A stretch of DNA of 64,000 nt from positions 64,001 through 128,000 of the forward strand of contig CAVPRW010000032.1 in assembly GCA_963707985.1 (NCBI GenBank), given 5' to 3'. Under the pieces are notes generated by a model that did not search any database, was not told the origin of the DNA, and worked only from the letters and a program-made list of their open reading frames with translations. The DNA is from an uncultured Nitrospinota bacterium (GTDB taxonomy: Bacteria; Tectomicrobia; Entotheonellia; J063; CAVPRW01). The position numbers and the translations under genes were made by a program. Of the stretch, positions 22,041-33,299 are shown piece by piece (the stretch's first letter is position 1; each line of letters starts with the position of its first letter).

Positions 22041-22532
22041 TCAGGATAAATCTTGCAATCGCCGGTATTTCCCGCGGTGAAAGACCAGCGGCGAGACTTC
22101 GCGCATCACTTCGCCCCAGACGACCTCTCCAATGAAAATCGAATGGTCTCCTCCAGGGAACACTTCGGTTACACGGCATTCGAGGTAGGCCACGCAATCG
22201 TCCAAGATTGGCGAGCCCGTCTGCCCTGGATGGTATGGATGGCCCATGAGGCGTCGGGCATCTTCGGAATCACGGCTGGCCAGTGCCCGCGATATATGTT
22301 CTTGATCTTCGGCCAGAATGTTGACGGCGAACGATTTGGCTTCATCGAGAAATTGATGGGTAATCGTGCGCTTGTCCACACAGATCAACAGCAGCAGAGG
22401 ATCCAGGGAGACGGACGTCACAGCATTCGCCGTCATCCCCCGCACCTCACCTTCACGCGCCATGGTGATAATCGTCACCCCCGTCGGGAAGCATCCGATG
22501 AGCTGTCGATATTCATCCTTCGTCAATGCCAT
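22041..22532 (-). CDS. Flavin reductase family protein (HpaC-like)
   Basis: FPTGVTIIT..GMTANAVTSVSLDPLL..GGDHSIFIGEV. Confidence 0.92.
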   Translation of the reverse strand: MALTKDEYRQLIGCFPTGVTIITMAREGEVRGMTANAVTSVSLDPLLLLICVDKRTITHQFLDEAKSFAVNILAEDQEHISRALASRDSEDARRLMGHPYHPGQTGSPILDDCVAYLECRVTEVFPGGDHSIFIGEVVWGEVMREVSPLVFHRGKYRRLQDLS

Positions 22533-22582
22533 ATGTATGCCCTTTCTACGGGCTGTCCGCCCTCTCGTCGACCGCCGGCAAC

Positions 22583-23197
22583 CTAGCGCACGCCAAACCT
22601 TTCCAGGACCTGGAGATAATCCTGCAGCGGTACCGCACCGACCACTCGGACTTGGCCGAAGAAGACCGTGGGCACAGCCGTCACCATGAAGCGGTTGATG
22701 GCTTCTTCGTATTCCTCAATGGCCAGTTTGTGCCCCTCACCCGCAGCGAAATCAACGCTGAATCGATCCATGTCCAGATGACACTCTTCGGCAACCGTCA
22801 AGATCTCCGCGCCTTGGGCAATGTTCATGCCCCTGGTGAAGAACGCCTCAAACAAGGCATAGTGCATGCGCTCATAAGCCTCCTTACTCTGGAACGCAGC
22901 GCACTTGGCGGCAGCCAGAGCCGGTATACTCCAGTTGGGGAAATCGTCGCGTTCCCACATTTTGAACACCACGCCGTCGGGGGCTGCCAGACGAGCCGCT
23001 CGCTGCCAACCTAATTCACGACGGGTGCCACGGAACTGCGCGGTTGGATCGGGTGAGGGCCGTAGCGCGAAGCTCCGGCGCTCGATCAGCACGCGCTCCC
23101 CGAACCGCTCTTCGATCGTCCGCAGCCGCACGGCTGCAGGATAGCACCAGGGTCAAAGGTAATCCGAGATTTCCACTATCCGCAACGGCTCGTTCAT
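22583..23197 (-). CDS. DsbA/FrnE-like thioredoxin-fold selenoprotein (UxxC), 204 aa
   Basis: GGAGAGG RBS and ATG at 23197: MNEPLRIVEISDYL-TGA-PWCYPAAVRL, in frame with ORF 22583-23131. cis-Pro motif AVPTV; SECIS-like hairpin follows the TGA. Confidence 0.85.
23119..23141 (-). promoter_or_regulatory. Bacterial SECIS element
   Basis: UCC-U-GCAGCC-GUGC-GGCUGC-GGA: bulged U, GU-initial apical loop 21 nt after the UGA at 23155-23153. Confidence 0.75.
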
Positions 23198-23342
23198 CCG
23201 ACCTCTCCCTATCCGCTGGTTATCTCTGTGGTTTTTGTCATATGTTCCTTGGGCGCCGCACATAGACCACCCAGGAGCGCTTCTAGAGCCTCCCTGACTC
23301 CCTCGCCCCCGCGCCACGCTTGTCGTGATCGTTCTCAGCCTC

Positions 23343-23371
23343 ATGGTAATAAACGGGCTCAAGTCTGTCAA
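23343..23371 (-). promoter_or_regulatory. Putative sigma70 promoter of the selenoprotein gene
   Basis: TTGACA-N17-TACCAT. Confidence 0.65.
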
Positions 23372-23683
23372 CGATGCTGTATCAACGACGAGATAAGCCT
23401 GCTACGGGCAGGTCACTCTGAACAAGAATGAACCCAGAAGGCACAAAGCTCGGGTAGATCTGTGGTCTCGATGCACAACGGCTGACGTGAAAAAATGGTT
23501 GACAATCCCGCAGTCCCCCAGCATATATATCTCGCAGAACCCGCGGTATCCCGCTGATTGGGACCTGTGATAGGCATCCGCACGCGTCGTGTAGCATCCC
23601 GTGGGTACATCCCTGCCGTGTGCCGCTCTGTGCGCGCGCGGCGCTGTAATGGGCGGCACTTTCGCGAAGGGAGGGAGGCTGCG

Positions 23684-23956
23684 ATGAACAGAGCGGATCT
23701 GGTGACGCGCATTTCCAAGGACGCGGAAATAACCAAGCGAGAAGCCGAGAAAGCGTTGAACGCCCTCGTCGATAGCGTCCAGGAGGCCTTAAGCAAGGGT
23801 GACAGCGTCACATTGGTGGGATTCGGCACATTTTCCGTGATGTCACGTGCGGCTCGCAAGGGGCGTAATCCCCAAACCGGACGCGAGATCTTCATCCCTG
23901 CGAGCAAAACACCGAAATTTCGAGCGGGGAAAAGCCTGCGGGAGGCGGTCAGGTAG
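23684..23956 (+). CDS. hup: HU family DNA-binding protein
   Basis: MNRADLV..VTLVGFGTFSV..RKGRNPQTG..PKFRAGKSL. Confidence 0.95.
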   Translation: MNRADLVTRISKDAEITKREAEKALNALVDSVQEALSKGDSVTLVGFGTFSVMSRAARKGRNPQTGREIFIPASKTPKFRAGKSLREAVR

Positions 23957-23967
23957 GACAGCTAAGC

Positions 23968-23986
23968 CAGCCTCGCAGCGAGGCTG
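23968..23986. terminator. Hairpin between convergent hup and purN
   Basis: CAGCCTCG-CAG-CGAGGCTG; no clear U tract. Confidence 0.4.
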
Positions 23987-24086
23987 ATTGGGTCCCGTTC
24001 CGCGATGCCCTTCCTTGGCGTTGCTGTTTCAGGAATCGATGAGCTCTCCGGCAAAGTCGATGCCCCAGCATGCCATCGACACTAGG

Positions 24087-24764
24087 TTACTGCTCCTTTC
24101 CCAGGGCTCCATCAGGCCTCGTGATCGGGGAAGGAGCTGCCTCCAAGATATTGACCCACCTCCCTTGCACGTGCAATCGGCCCTCGGCGAAGAGCTGTAT
24201 GACATCGGGGTAGGCTGTTTGTTCCTCAAGCGCTACCCGTGCAGCTAACGACTCGGGCGTGTCATGGTCCAGAACCGGTACGACGCGCTGCAGAATGATC
24301 GGCCCGTGATCGTATTCCTCGTCGGCAAAATGCACGGTGCAGCCACTGACCTTGACACCATAGGCGAGCGCCGCCTGATGCACACGCATCCCGTAAAACC
24401 CCTTCCCACAGAAGGAGGGAATGAGTGAGGGATGGATATTGATGACACGTCCCCGGTAGTGGGGGGCATAGTGAAAGACGCGGAGGAAGCCAGCTAAAGC
24501 GATGAGCTCTGGCGCGTACCGATCGAGCGTCCGGTTTAATTCAACGTCAAACGCCTGGGCATCTCGATACGCCTTCCACGGAACGCACATGGCCTCCAAG
24601 CCATGGCGTTTGGCCCGCACGAGGCCGTATGCATCGGGGTGGCTGCTGATGACCACGACAATCGACGCCGAAAGCTTTCCGGCCTCGATGTGATCGATGA
24701 GATTCTGCAACGTCGTACCGCCCCCTGACAGGAGAACGGCCAGGCGCAGCGGCGGCCGACTCAC
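24087..24764 (-). CDS. purN: Phosphoribosylglycinamide formyltransferase
   Basis: LAVLLSGGGTTLQ, LAGF, INIHPSLIP, GCTVHF..YDHGPII. Confidence 0.95.
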   Translation of the reverse strand: MSRPPLRLAVLLSGGGTTLQNLIDHIEAGKLSASIVVVISSHPDAYGLVRAKRHGLEAMCVPWKAYRDAQAFDVELNRTLDRYAPELIALAGFLRVFHYAPHYRGRVINIHPSLIPSFCGKGFYGMRVHQAALAYGVKVSGCTVHFADEEYDHGPIILQRVVPVLDHDTPESLAARVALEEQTAYPDVIQLFAEGRLHVQGRWVNILEAAPSPITRPDGALGKEQ

Positions 24765-25702
24765 GACAAGGGTCCCAGTACAGCCGCCAGTTCCTCCTTC
24801 ATGGCCAGAACGGCGGCTCGAGCGGCCTCAGGAAAGTGCTCTTCGCCGAAGGTCCGATGGGTTTGCTGGCGGTAGGCGTACAGAATGGCGCGTGAGGAAT
24901 TGATGATGGCACCATAGCCATCAGCCGCGAAGCAGGCCTGGACATCCGCTGCACCGGCACCCTGGGCGCCATAGCCGGGGACCAGAAAATAGGTCTGGGG
25001 CATCAGCTGACGCAACCGCGCGGCCTCCGTCGGGTACGTAGCCCCCACCACGGCCCCCACAGCCTGATAGCCTCGTTTACCCTCTGTCCCAAGCCCCCAC
25101 TGCTGAATCAGACTGGCCAACCGTTCGTAGAGTGGCTGGCCATCGACGAGGAGATTTTGCACCTCACCCGAGGTCGGGTTGGAGGTCTTTACCAGGATGA
25201 ACAGGCCCTTGCCGTGCGCTCTTGCAGCGGTCACAAACGGTAGAATACCATCTCCCCCGACGTAGGGATTCACGGTGATCGCATCGGCTTCAAAACCCGG
25301 CGGCAACGTCACCCCAGGCAGACTCTGACCCAAATAGGCTGCAGCATACGCCTGCGCCGTCAGTTCGATATCGCCACGCTTGACGTCGGCAATGACGATG
25401 AGCCCACGCTGTCGGGCTTCTCGGAGCGTCTCAGCGAACACCTCCATTCCCGCGGGTCCGAACGCTTCGTAAAAGGCCACCTGGACCTTCACAATGGGTA
25501 TGTGTGGGGCCAATACATCCAACAGGCGTAGGTTAAACTCCCGTATCGCCAAACTTGCCGCCCGATGGGTCTCCCCATAGCGCGTGAAATAGGATCGGAC
25601 CAGCGTCGGCGGCATGAGGTCGAGACGCGGATCGAACCCCACCGTAATGGGACATCCTTGGCGATCGATCGCTGCCATCAGCCTATCGGAAAATGTGTCC
25701 AT
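24761..25702 (-). CDS. pyrF: Orotidine-5'-phosphate decarboxylase
   Basis: VGFDP, ADVKRGDI, TVNPYVG, VKTSNP, LVPGYGAQG, NSSRAI. Confidence 0.95.
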   Translation of the reverse strand: MDTFSDRLMAAIDRQGCPITVGFDPRLDLMPPTLVRSYFTRYGETHRAASLAIREFNLRLLDVLAPHIPIVKVQVAFYEAFGPAGMEVFAETLREARQRGLIVIADVKRGDIELTAQAYAAAYLGQSLPGVTLPPGFEADAITVNPYVGGDGILPFVTAARAHGKGLFILVKTSNPTSGEVQNLLVDGQPLYERLASLIQQWGLGTEGKRGYQAVGAVVGATYPTEAARLRQLMPQTYFLVPGYGAQGAGAADVQACFAADGYGAIINSSRAILYAYRQQTHRTFGEEHFPEAARAAVLAMKEELAAVLGPLS

Positions 25703-25750
25703 GGGAGAGACTCACGGGCTTCTTTCACAACTGCGTTCGCCGTCCATATC

Positions 25751-26374
25751 TCAGCACTCGATATCCAGCAGGTGGGCGATCTCATTCAGCGTGATCACAG
25801 ACCATTGATCGCCAGTCACGTCTAACGTATGAATCGAGGCATTGCCAAAGGAGAACTCACGCTGCTCGCCGTCGGCATTCCCGAGGACATAGTTGATGAA
25901 GACATTGCAGAGCCCACCATGGGTTACCACCACCACCATTTCTGCTGGATGCCGCCACGCGATCGTCTGTAATTCGGCCAGGGCACGGGTGAGGAGCTCG
26001 CTCCTGGTCTCGCCCTGAGGCGGTGAGAAATCCGTGGCACGGGCACGCCACATGGCAAACTGCTCCGGATAACGCGCCTGAATTTCAGCGCCGGTCAGCC
26101 CCTCCCATGCGCCATATTGCCGCTCGCGCAGCTGTGAAGAAGACACTGCCGTCAAGCCCAGCGGTGCCCCGATGATGGTTGCCGTTTCAAACGCGCGTGC
26201 CAGATCGCTCGAATACAACGCCTGGATCGGTTCGCGGGCGAGTCGCCGTGCCGCCCGCCGTGCTTGTAAGCGACCGGCCTCGTTCAGCGGTGTATCACTA
26301 TGCCCCTGAATACGGCCGGTGGCATTCCAATCGGTCTCACCGTGGCGCACGAGAAGAATACGGGTTGACTCCAT
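25751..26374 (-). CDS. Histidine phosphatase (PGAM/CobC-like)
   Basis: LVRHGETDWN, SSDLARAFET, VTHGG. Confidence 0.93.
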   Translation of the reverse strand: MESTRILLVRHGETDWNATGRIQGHSDTPLNEAGRLQARRAARRLAREPIQALYSSDLARAFETATIIGAPLGLTAVSSSQLRERQYGAWEGLTGAEIQARYPEQFAMWRARATDFSPPQGETRSELLTRALAELQTIAWRHPAEMVVVVTHGGLCNVFINYVLGNADGEQREFSFGNASIHTLDVTGDQWSVITLNEIAHLLDIEC

Positions 26375-26376
26375 GG

Positions 26377-27769
26377 TTATGGCCGTTTCAGCCGAGGGCC
26401 GCGGGGGGTATCTTCGATGACGTATCCTAGCGTTGCGATCTGGGTTCGGAGGCGATCGGCGGTGGCGAAGTCGCGTCGCTTTCTGGCCACCTCGCGGTCC
26501 TGGGCCAGACGTTCAACGTCGGCGTCGACAGCGGTTTCTTCCGCGTCCAACAGCCCCAACACACGGTCGAATTGTCGCATCGTCGCCATGATGGCCTGTG
26601 CATTCTCCTGGCTTAATCGGCCATCGGCCAGGGACCGATTGACCTCGCGGACAAACTCGAAAATCGCCGCCAATCCAAGCGAGATATTGAGGTCGTCGTC
26701 CATGCCCTCTTCGAACTGTTGCAGCGCCTGACGAATCAACCCATCCACAGGCGTGCCTGTGCCCTCTGCCGTCCGCACATTAGCCATAAAATCCTGCAGG
26801 CGTTGCACGGCTGCCTCAGCGGCGACCAGACCGTCCAGGGTGAAGTTTTGGGTTTGACGATAGTGGGTCGACAGCAGGCTGTAGCGGATTGCCTTGGGCT
26901 TATGACCCCATTCTAACAAATCGCGCAGTGTATGGAAATTGCCCAGCGATTTCGACATCTTCTGATTATCCACGAGGAGAAACTGGCAGTGTACCCAGCG
27001 CTGCACGAAAAGTCGCCCTGAAGCCGCCTCGGATTGGGCGATTTCGTTCTCATGATGCGGGAAAATCAGATCGACACCGCCAGCATGGATATCGATGGGA
27101 GTGCCGAGATATTTCATGGCCATCACTGAGCACTCAATATGCCAACCTGGTCGACCTTTACCGAGTTCAGTCTCCCAATACACATCGCCATCCGCCTCGG
27201 TCCAACCCTTCCATAGGGCGAAATCGCGCACGTCTTCTTTCTCGTACTCGTCCGTATCGACACGGCCACTGGCACCGGCTTGCAGTTGACGATCCTGCAG
27301 ATGAGAGAGCTTGCCATAGCCTGGGAAGGCATCCACTTTGAAATACACCGAGCCTCCAGCTTGGTAGGCATAACCGCGTTCCAGGAGGCGTCTGGATCAG
27401 TGCCACCATTTCAGGGATATGCTCGGTGGCCGCTGGATAATGTTCGGCAGGCTCAATATTGAGGGTCTGCAAATCCTCGAAGAATGCCTTACTGTAGAAC
27501 TTGACATAGTCTACAAGAGAGGTATTCGCCTGGCGCGCCCCGCGAATCGTCTTGTCGTCAACGTCCGTGAGATTCATCACTTGCGTGACACGATATCCCT
27601 TGTAGCGCAGATAGCGCCGCATGACGTCGCACAGGACGAACGTGCGGAAGTTGCCAATGTGGGCGTAGTCATACACGGTGGGTCCACAGGTGTACACACG
27701 GACCTCTCCCGGATGAATCGGCTGGAATTCTTCCTTGGCGCGCGTCAAAGTATTATAGAGACGTAGCAT
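26377..27769 (-). CDS. cysS: Cysteine--tRNA ligase (one extra base at ~27388, probably a sequencing error)
   Basis: YTCGPTVYDYAHIGN, DFALWK, GRPGWHIECS, DLIFPHHENE, KMSKS. Confidence 0.93.
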
Positions 27770-28555
27770 GCTCTAAAATCCCTCGTTGTAAACGAACGCC
27801 TTGCCCCCCGTGCGGCAGGGGGACAACAGCCGTCAAGGTTGGCACGATGTCGGAGATCACATCGACCTGGGCGCACAGGTGGACATCATCCGTGAAGCCG
27901 AGCCCCACAAGCAATTGACCGTGGGATGATTGCAGAAACCCCTGCAGCAGGCCCGCCCTCTGGATCAGCTGTTGATACTGCTGAAATGATGGCGCGGAGG
28001 CCTGGTGGATGGGAAGACCTAGATGGACGGCAAGCGACCGTGGCACCGAGCCAATCCTCGTCGGCAATGACACTGGGGTCGGTCGCCAGGCCAGCTGGGA
28101 TAATGACGATCGGCACGTTCTCGGCTTGCGCCATGGCCTTCACCTGGCGCGCCACAGCGGTGGCATTAATCGTCGTGCCGACGGCGATCGCCGAGGCGCC
28201 AAGGCAATCGACCAAGCGTAGGGCACCCGTGGTCGAGGTGAAGGCCACCCGTTTGCCTCGGACATCAGCGCGCTGGATTTCGGTTGGGCTGTTACCGAAA
28301 TCGAAGCCGTCGACCTTCAGACCACCCCGCTCACCAATCAGCAGTGTATCAGGGATATGCCTCGCGATAGGCGTAGGCCTCATCTACTTCTTTTACCACC
28401 AGCACTTCAGCGGCACCTTGCTGGAGCAAGCAAGTGATCGTGGCACTCGCGCGTAAGGCATCGACCACGACCGCCACGGCCTTCTGCTCACGTGCCCAGC
28501 CACAGCCCTCCTCGCCCGACCTCAGGTGCACTTCCACACGGTGTGAAGATGTCAT
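27753..28555 (-). CDS. comB: 2-phosphosulfolactate phosphatase family protein (two frameshifts)
   Basis: VVVDALRASAT, GERGG..GFDFGNSP, TSTTG, DEDWLGA across ORFs 28349-28555, 27886-28383 and 27753-28073. Confidence 0.75.
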
Positions 28556-29922
28556 CCTTTCACCTGTGTCAACGCCTCTGCCGTCCTTGTCGCCAGGAGG
28601 TCAGGAAAGAAATGCTTCGCATCACCGACGAGGTATAACGATCCGGTTACCAGGAGTAAATCGTCTGGCTGAGTTTCAGCGATCGCCTGTGCGAGCGCCT
28701 TCTCGGTGTCTTCTTCGGCGATGACATGATCACTCCACTTGGCCGCTAGGGTGGCAACTCGCTGCGGTGCAGCCGCGCGTGGCACCATCGCTCGTGTGGC
28801 CACCGTCATGGCCGCCATGGGCGCCAACTCCTCAATGATCCCTTCAAGATTCTTATTAGCCGAGATGCCCAAGACCAGGATCAAGCGTCGATATTGAAAA
28901 CAGGTCTTCAGCGCCTCGCGCAAGCAGCAAGCGGAATCGCGATTATGCGCTCCATCGAGAACAATCCAGGGCTGACGGCTCACGGTCTCCAATCGTCCCT
29001 CCCATTGCACCTGCCTAATCCCCCGGCGGATGCCGTCTACCGAAATCGGCAGATCCTGCCCCTGGAGTTGCTCGGCGGTGGCGATGGCGGTGGCGGCGTT
29101 CATCAGTTGATGCGGTCCGGCCAGCGGGATCTCCAAGGCAGGATATGATCGCGCCCCACCTTGCAGATCGAAAACACTGCCTTCCCAGCCATACGACAAC
29201 GGTTGCCAGCACCATTCCGCGGCCACATCATGCATGCGGGCCTGTTGCGCCGCACATATCTCACGGATCACCGTCAAGGCTTCCTGCCGCTGCGGCGCCA
29301 CCACTGCCAGGCCGTAGGGCTTGATGATCCCGGCTTTCTCACGGGCGATCTTGGGGATCGTGTCGCCCAGCACCTCCGTATGGTCGAGACTGATCGAGGT
29401 GATGACCGAGACCAGCGGCGTCGCGACATTGGTCGCGTCCAGACGCCCTCCCAAACCCACTTCGAGCACTGCGAGGTCCACTGCCGTGCGCTGGAAGTGT
29501 ACCAGTGCCATGGCAGTCAAAATCTCAAAGAAGGTCCGGTAACGACGCACCCCGTCCATCCCCGCGGCCTCGATGTGTGGGATCAGCTCACTCACGAGTG
29601 TGGCGAATTCCCCTTCGGAGATCATGTCAGCGTCGACACGGATGCGCTCACGGATCGAACATAGGTGTGGTGAGGTGTACAGGCCGACCTTCAGTCCGGA
29701 GGATTGGGCGATCGATGCGATCATGGCCGCAGTCGACCCCTTACCCTTGGTCCCGGCCACGACCACGGTTTTGAGCCGACGGTGGGGGTCGTTCAGGCGC
29801 GCCAGGAAACGCTCGAATTCTCTGAGATCGAAAGACTCTCGGGTATAGGAGACACCAGGTTGCCGTTCATAGTTGATGAACCTATCGAGATAGCTGAGGG
29901 ACTCCGCAAAGGTCAGGGACAT
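28552..29922 (-). CDS. folC: Folylpolyglutamate/dihydrofolate synthase
   Basis: VAGTKGKGST, YTSPHL, LEVGLGGRLDATN, LDGAHN, TGSLYLVG. Confidence 0.95.
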   Translation of the reverse strand: MSLTFAESLSYLDRFINYERQPGVSYTRESFDLREFERFLARLNDPHRRLKTVVVAGTKGKGSTAAMIASIAQSSGLKVGLYTSPHLCSIRERIRVDADMISEGEFATLVSELIPHIEAAGMDGVRRYRTFFEILTAMALVHFQRTAVDLAVLEVGLGGRLDATNVATPLVSVITSISLDHTEVLGDTIPKIAREKAGIIKPYGLAVVAPQRQEALTVIREICAAQQARMHDVAAEWCWQPLSYGWEGSVFDLQGGARSYPALEIPLAGPHQLMNAATAIATAEQLQGQDLPISVDGIRRGIRQVQWEGRLETVSRQPWIVLDGAHNRDSACCLREALKTCFQYRRLILVLGISANKNLEGIIEELAPMAAMTVATRAMVPRAAAPQRVATLAAKWSDHVIAEEDTEKALAQAIAETQPDDLLLVTGSLYLVGDAKHFFPDLLATRTAEALTQVKG

Positions 29923-29925
29923 GGT

Positions 29926-31492
29926 TCATTCCCCCCCAATCGCCGCCGCCTCGGCAAAGCGTTGCTTGACGAAGATGGGATCGAGCGTCGACAGGAACCA
30001 CCCCGCCCGCGGCCCCTGGCTTTTGCCGAGCAGAACGGCATAGATGGCTTTGAAGAGCAGATCGGGTTTGGCTCCAAGCTCATCCTTCAGGGTGTAGATC
30101 AGTTGGTGGATCTGCTCACCGGTCATGCCCGGCTGCAGGCGTTCCCCGAGCAGCTGCAAAGCCTGTTTTTGTTCAGGGGTTAACGTCGTGGGCGGTCGGC
30201 GGCAGCTGGTCCTGCACCTGGAAGCGCAGCTCCTCTGGGGCAAAGGTTTCCAACCAGCGCTGAGCATAGGCGGCACGTTGGCGCAGCCCATCGACGTTGT
30301 TCAGGTGGTAGCCATTGCGCCGCAATATCTCCATCCACTGCTCCATGTTGCCCTGTGCCGCTTGGACCACCGTCACCATGTGCCGAAAAGGCACCCCAAC
30401 TGGTTTGATGCCAGAGATCGCCGACAGTTCCAGGGCACGCGAGTCGCGGTTTTTGGCCTCGACATCGTCGTACTCATCGATCAGCTGGAGCAGAGGTAAC
30501 CCTGGGTCCATCTTGATGCTGCGCTTCGGCGGGACACGCAGGATGAGGTAGCGCAGGACTTCCGGCGGCACGACTTCGAGCATGGCATGGATGGACAGAA
30601 CATTGCCCTTGCTCGAAGACATATCCCCCTTGCCCGCCAGGCTTAGCCATTCGTATGGCACCGGAAATGGCGGTTCGATGCCGTAGATCTCCCGTGCGAT
30701 CCGCACGCCGGTGTCGTAGGAGCTTCCTTTTGAGGCGTGATCTTTGCCGAATGGCTCCACCGTTACGCCAAAGATCTTCCACCGTGCCGGCCAGTCAACA
30801 CGCCAGGTCAGTTTGCCGCCTCCCGCCATGGATACTGTGCCCTGCGCGCCACAACCACAGAGATAATCGACCGTGCGAGCTTCAGCCGAAAAGCCCACTA
30901 CTTTAGCCTGAGTGATGCGCCCACAAGTCGGGCAGCGAGGATTAAAGGGGCTCCAATCATCAGGGGTCTCGCGGCCGGTTTCCTCCTTCAGGATTTTCCG
31001 GATCTGGTCGCACTGCTGTAGCGCGACGACGATCGTTTCACTGTAGACACCAGCCTTATAGAGCTGGTCGGCACGGTGAACGGTGGGCCGAATGCCAAGC
31101 TGTTCGAGCGATCCTAAGAAGGGCGCTAGGAAGTGCTCCGCATAACTCGAATGCTGCCTACATGGGCAAGGGATTTCACTAAGCGGTTTACCGACCTCGT
31201 CCCCATAGCGCTGTGGATCGAGAAACGGATAAACATGGCGCAAGGGATCATAGGTATCCGCGATATACAGCAAGTGTGATTCATCCCCCCGCTCGGCGAG
31301 GACGCGGTGGATGGCATCGGCGGTCACCACTTCGCGCATGTTGCCGACATGAATCTCCCCCGAAGGTGTGATACCGGTGTTTACCACATGGCATCGACCA
31401 CGCTGGTTGATGATGTCGTCGGCGAGGAGATCCGCCCAGTGCCGTGCCTTCGATGTCGTCGTCATCGTCGATTCGTCCGCCCCGCGGTGCAT
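29926..31492 (-). CDS. lysS: Lysine--tRNA ligase, class I (one extra base at ~30190)
   Basis: HWAD, TGITPSGEIHVGN, GKLTWRVDWP, EPFGKDH, DMSSSKGN, GPRAG. Confidence 0.9.
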
Positions 31493-31779
31493 CTGAGCAA
31501 CTCAGGTAAGGCTTGAGCCCTCAGGTGTATATCCGATAACCACACTGGTTGTGTGAGAGCTAGCACTCCATCTCCCTGCAAGTGTCTCGATACCATACTA
31601 TAAAATCGCTCCCCCAGCAATACCTTGCGGAAGAGCCGAGCGCATCTGGCGGGAAGGACTTGCTCATGTGCGAATCTGTATACCACCGGATGCAGGACAC
31701 TCCCTCTTTCCAGATCGTTAGGTGTCCGCTGTGAAAGCCCTCCGGTAGCCAGTAGAACGGCACAAAAGGCCGTGCGCCG

Positions 31780-32118
31780 TCCTCTTGAGTGGACCATCTC
31801 GATCCACTGTCTCAGAGCGCTGCTACTACACCCAAACTTCGTATCCCCCTCACCGAGCCCAAGCGCTTCGATGATCTGCCCGCAGCTGCAACCAGCCGTG
31901 TCGGGGCGGGTAAAGACTTTCCTTGGCCCTTTGCCTTTTGGTGGGGTCGTGTCAAAGATGGCGTCAGCGTCCGTTAACGCGAAGCGGTTCACACCAAGCT
32001 GCCCCGTGGGAACAGGTTCGGGGATAACAGTGCCGAGGCAGACGTCCGCAGCATCAGAGACGCGATTGTTGTCGTCGTCAGGGACGGCTGTATAGTATGG
32101 GATGTTGTCGTCAATCAC
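31780..32118 (-). pseudogene. Fragment of a Cys-rich extracellular-type domain with a thrombospondin type 3-like motif
   Basis: DDDNNRVSDAADVCLGT..DTAGCSCGQII..KFGCS; no start context. Confidence 0.35.
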
Positions 32119-32734
32119 GTAGTCATCCCTAGAAGGAAGCGACCGATCCGGCTAAACGCGGTAGCTCCGCACCGCTTGGGCCATGGAGAGCTGAGCAGGC
32201 AGGCCATTGGCGGCATAGAGCCGCCACCCCAATTGACGCCGCGCTATGATCACAACGCGGCGGTCAACGATCATGGTCACGCGGAAATCGCACTCCGCGC
32301 GGACCGTCGCTGGCGGGTCAAGGGTTATTGCCCCATCCGGACGGACTCCAGGTAGCTCTCCAACACCTTGGACGGCAACCGGATCTCCGACAGCGGGCAC
32401 AGGTAGGAGTCCTCACTCACCTGCATCTATGCGTATGCGCGGGTCTCCAGGCACCCGTCTTAACTTAAGCCATCACCGGTCCATGGCCGGGCGCGTCGGG
32501 AGTCACCTGAGCACAGCCACCGATTTGCACCGCCATCCCCCAGTTTGCCGGAGAAGTCCCCTCCCCAGCCACGCACGCTGCCGTTACCGATCAAGACGCA
32601 GGAGTGGCTCTCCCATGTGATGATCGAGATGACGGCGTCCCCAGCGGAGTTCGTTGGTGATCGTCTAGCCCCGACCTTGTCGATTCAAGAGTTCTTCCAA
32701 CTCCGCGAGCGCTTCGCCGAATGCCCAGCCTACT

Positions 32735-32860
32735 GTGGCATTCGCGGAACATTTGCATGGTTGCTCTGATTGTCTGTCCTTTTTGAACACCCATCGAAAG
32801 ACCATGGAGGCGGTTCGCTCTCTAGGCGACACGGATATCCCCCCGAAGTCTGTGGTCGCG
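32735..32860 (+). pseudogene. zf-HC2 anti-sigma zinc-finger fragment
   Basis: FAEHLHGCSDCLSFL (HxxxCxxC); N-terminus absent. Confidence 0.45.
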
Positions 32861-33299
32861 TGCGACCATCCCTCCAACAAGGACGTTCATGATCAGAGTT
32901 CTGTGCGTATCCGGCGTCTGACAATCCTGTCGGGAACTTTTTTCGGAGAAGGTTGTTGAAGCAGGCAGGGGACAAGCTCACAGCAGGCTGTGTGAGAGCC
33001 ATGGACGCTGTGTACAGGGTGATACAACAACGGATTGCTCGAACGCGGAGCCTATGTGCCGCGCGACAAGGAGAACTGGAGACCGCAAGCGATAAATGTC
33101 GAGGCCAAGTCTAACGCCACAGAGGTTTGGTGCGACAAAAACAGTCAGCCTTGGCATCTACACACGAACTGCTATGTGGACAGCACTACCAGATTCTACG
33201 GTGCGGCGCTATTCCAGTTGCGCCGTCAAGACTTCGGTGAGATTAAGCATGATGGCGGGATTTCCCCCGCCTGGCCAATTACCTATGAGGAGAACCTCC

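Noticed and set aside
27370..30200. Programmed frameshifting in cysS, comB or lysS
   Set aside because: No slippery heptamers or stimulators; the same single-base insertion pattern occurs across unrelated genes.
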